Positions 62,901 to 64,000 of a stretch of 64,000 nucleotides of DNA are shown in pieces. Location of the stretch: contig CBDBCZ010000018.1 of NCBI GenBank assembly GCA_965203295.1, forward strand, positions 2,400,001 through 2,464,000, written 5' to 3'. The position numbers were made by a program, and so were the translations under genes. The DNA comes from Nitrospirales bacterium (lineage in GTDB: Bacteria > Nitrospirota > Nitrospiria > Nitrospirales > UBA8639). Position 1 is the stretch's first letter; each line of letters opens with the position of its first letter. A model generated the notes under the pieces. That model did not search any database. It was not told where the DNA came from and saw only the letters and a program-made list of their open reading frames with translations.

Positions 62901-64000
62901 TGGTGCCAACGCGGTACTCTGAACAGTATGCAAGCATTTTGGTTTTTCGGTCCAAACATTTTTTTTCGAAATCTCGCAGAGGTGAAAGTGAGGTGTCAGC
63001 GGTACCAACGCGGTGCTTTGAGCATATGCGAGCATTTTCCTTTTTTGGTCTAAAACTTTTTTCGATTTCTTGCATTAGGTGAAAGGGTAGAGTCAGCGGT
63101 AAAAACGCGGTGCCCTGAGCAGTATGCGAGCATTTTCGTTTTTTGGTCCAAAAAAAATTCTTCAATCTCTCGATTTCTGGAAGTCGCACAGGTTAAAGAG
63201 AGACGTCATCTGTGCCAAGCTGTGTCCTGAACAGTATACGAGTATTTTCGTTTTTCGGTCCAAAACTTTTTTCTTCGATATCTCGTACAGTGAAAAGGAA
63301 GCTGTCAGCGGTACCAATGCCGTTCTATGAGCATTATGCGAGCATTTTCGTTTTTCGTTCAAATACATTTTTCTGCAATATCTCAATTTCTGGAAGTCGC
63401 ACAGTTGAAAGGGAGGTGTTAAAGGTCCCAAAGTTGAGCCCTGAACAGTATGAGCATTTTCGTTTTTGGTCGAAAACTTTTTTCTTTGACATTTCGAACC
63501 GTTCTATGAGCTGTATGCGAGCATTTTTGTTTTTCGTTCTAATAAATTTTTCTGCAATATCAATTTCTAGAAGTCGCACAGTTGAAAGGGAGGTGTTAAA
63601 GGTCCCAACGTTGAGCCCTGAACAGTATGAGCATTTTCGTTTTTGGTCGAAAACTTTTTTCTTTGACATTTCGAACCATTCTATGAGCAGTATGCGAGCA
63701 TTTTAGTTTTTCGTTCTAATAAATTTTTCTTTAATATCTCGATTTCAGGAGTTTGCACAGGTGGAAGTGAGGTGTTAACGGTATCAACGTATTGCCTGAA
63801 CAGTTATCGAGCATTTTAGTTTTTCGGTCGAAAATAATTTTCTCAGATATCTCGAATTATGAAGTTTATACAGGTAAAAAAGAGGTGTCAACGGTAGCAA
63901 AGCTGTGCCCTGAAATGTATGCGACCATTTTATTTTCCGGACTAAAATATTTTTCATGGATATCTCGATTTCCTGATGTTGTACAAGGTAAAAGGAGATG
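56915..64000. repeat. 113-bp satellite (with ~98-bp variant), homogeneous core at ~59390-60850, running off the window end
   Basis: Unit gggaggtgtcaatggtgcaaacgcggtaccctgaacagtatgcgagcattttcgtttttcggttcaaaattttttcttcgatatctcgaattgtgaaggtcgcacaggcgaaa; equivalent positions at 59521, 59634, 59747, 59860, 59973 and 60086. Confidence 0.97.

Noticed and set aside
56551..63706. Repeating F/R/K-rich ORFs
   Set aside because: They are translations of the 113-bp satellite and A-rich tracts; the 113-bp period shifts frame every unit.

Overview
This is eukaryotic (animal) genomic DNA, repeat-rich with spliceosomal introns. The repeat and gene repertoire suggests a non-bilaterian, most likely a demosponge (inference only). 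1-15 kb is a mosaic of decayed mobile elements: TAG...CTA hairpin MITEs, a 62-bp tandem array followed by a 1.1-kb imperfect palindrome, a tRNA-Ala-like head, an LTR and Helitron fragments. 15.3-19.2 kb holds six phase-consistent exons of a minus-strand coiled-coil gene of unknown function. Divergent from it (21.15-27.6 kb) is a disrupted multi-exon gene in which a Notum/pectinacetylesterase-family alpha/beta-hydrolase ectodomain is followed by a transmembrane helix and the start of an ABCG-type nucleotide-binding domain; this is the most interesting architecture in the window. 28-41 kb has further gene remnants, a 2.8-kb CACTA-like element and a P-element/THAP9-type transposase pseudogene. 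A Crypton-type tyrosine-recombinase element (42-44 kb) is inserted in a GTGTATAC satellite that forms a ~2-kb higher-order repeat up to 55 kb. Four tandem tRNA-Gln-derived 260-bp units then separate it from a 113-bp satellite running to the window end. Almost all ORFs in the supplied track beyond 41 kb are satellite artefacts. No CRISPR array, rRNA or prokaryotic system was seen. All family assignments come from motif recognition by eye; no searches were run.
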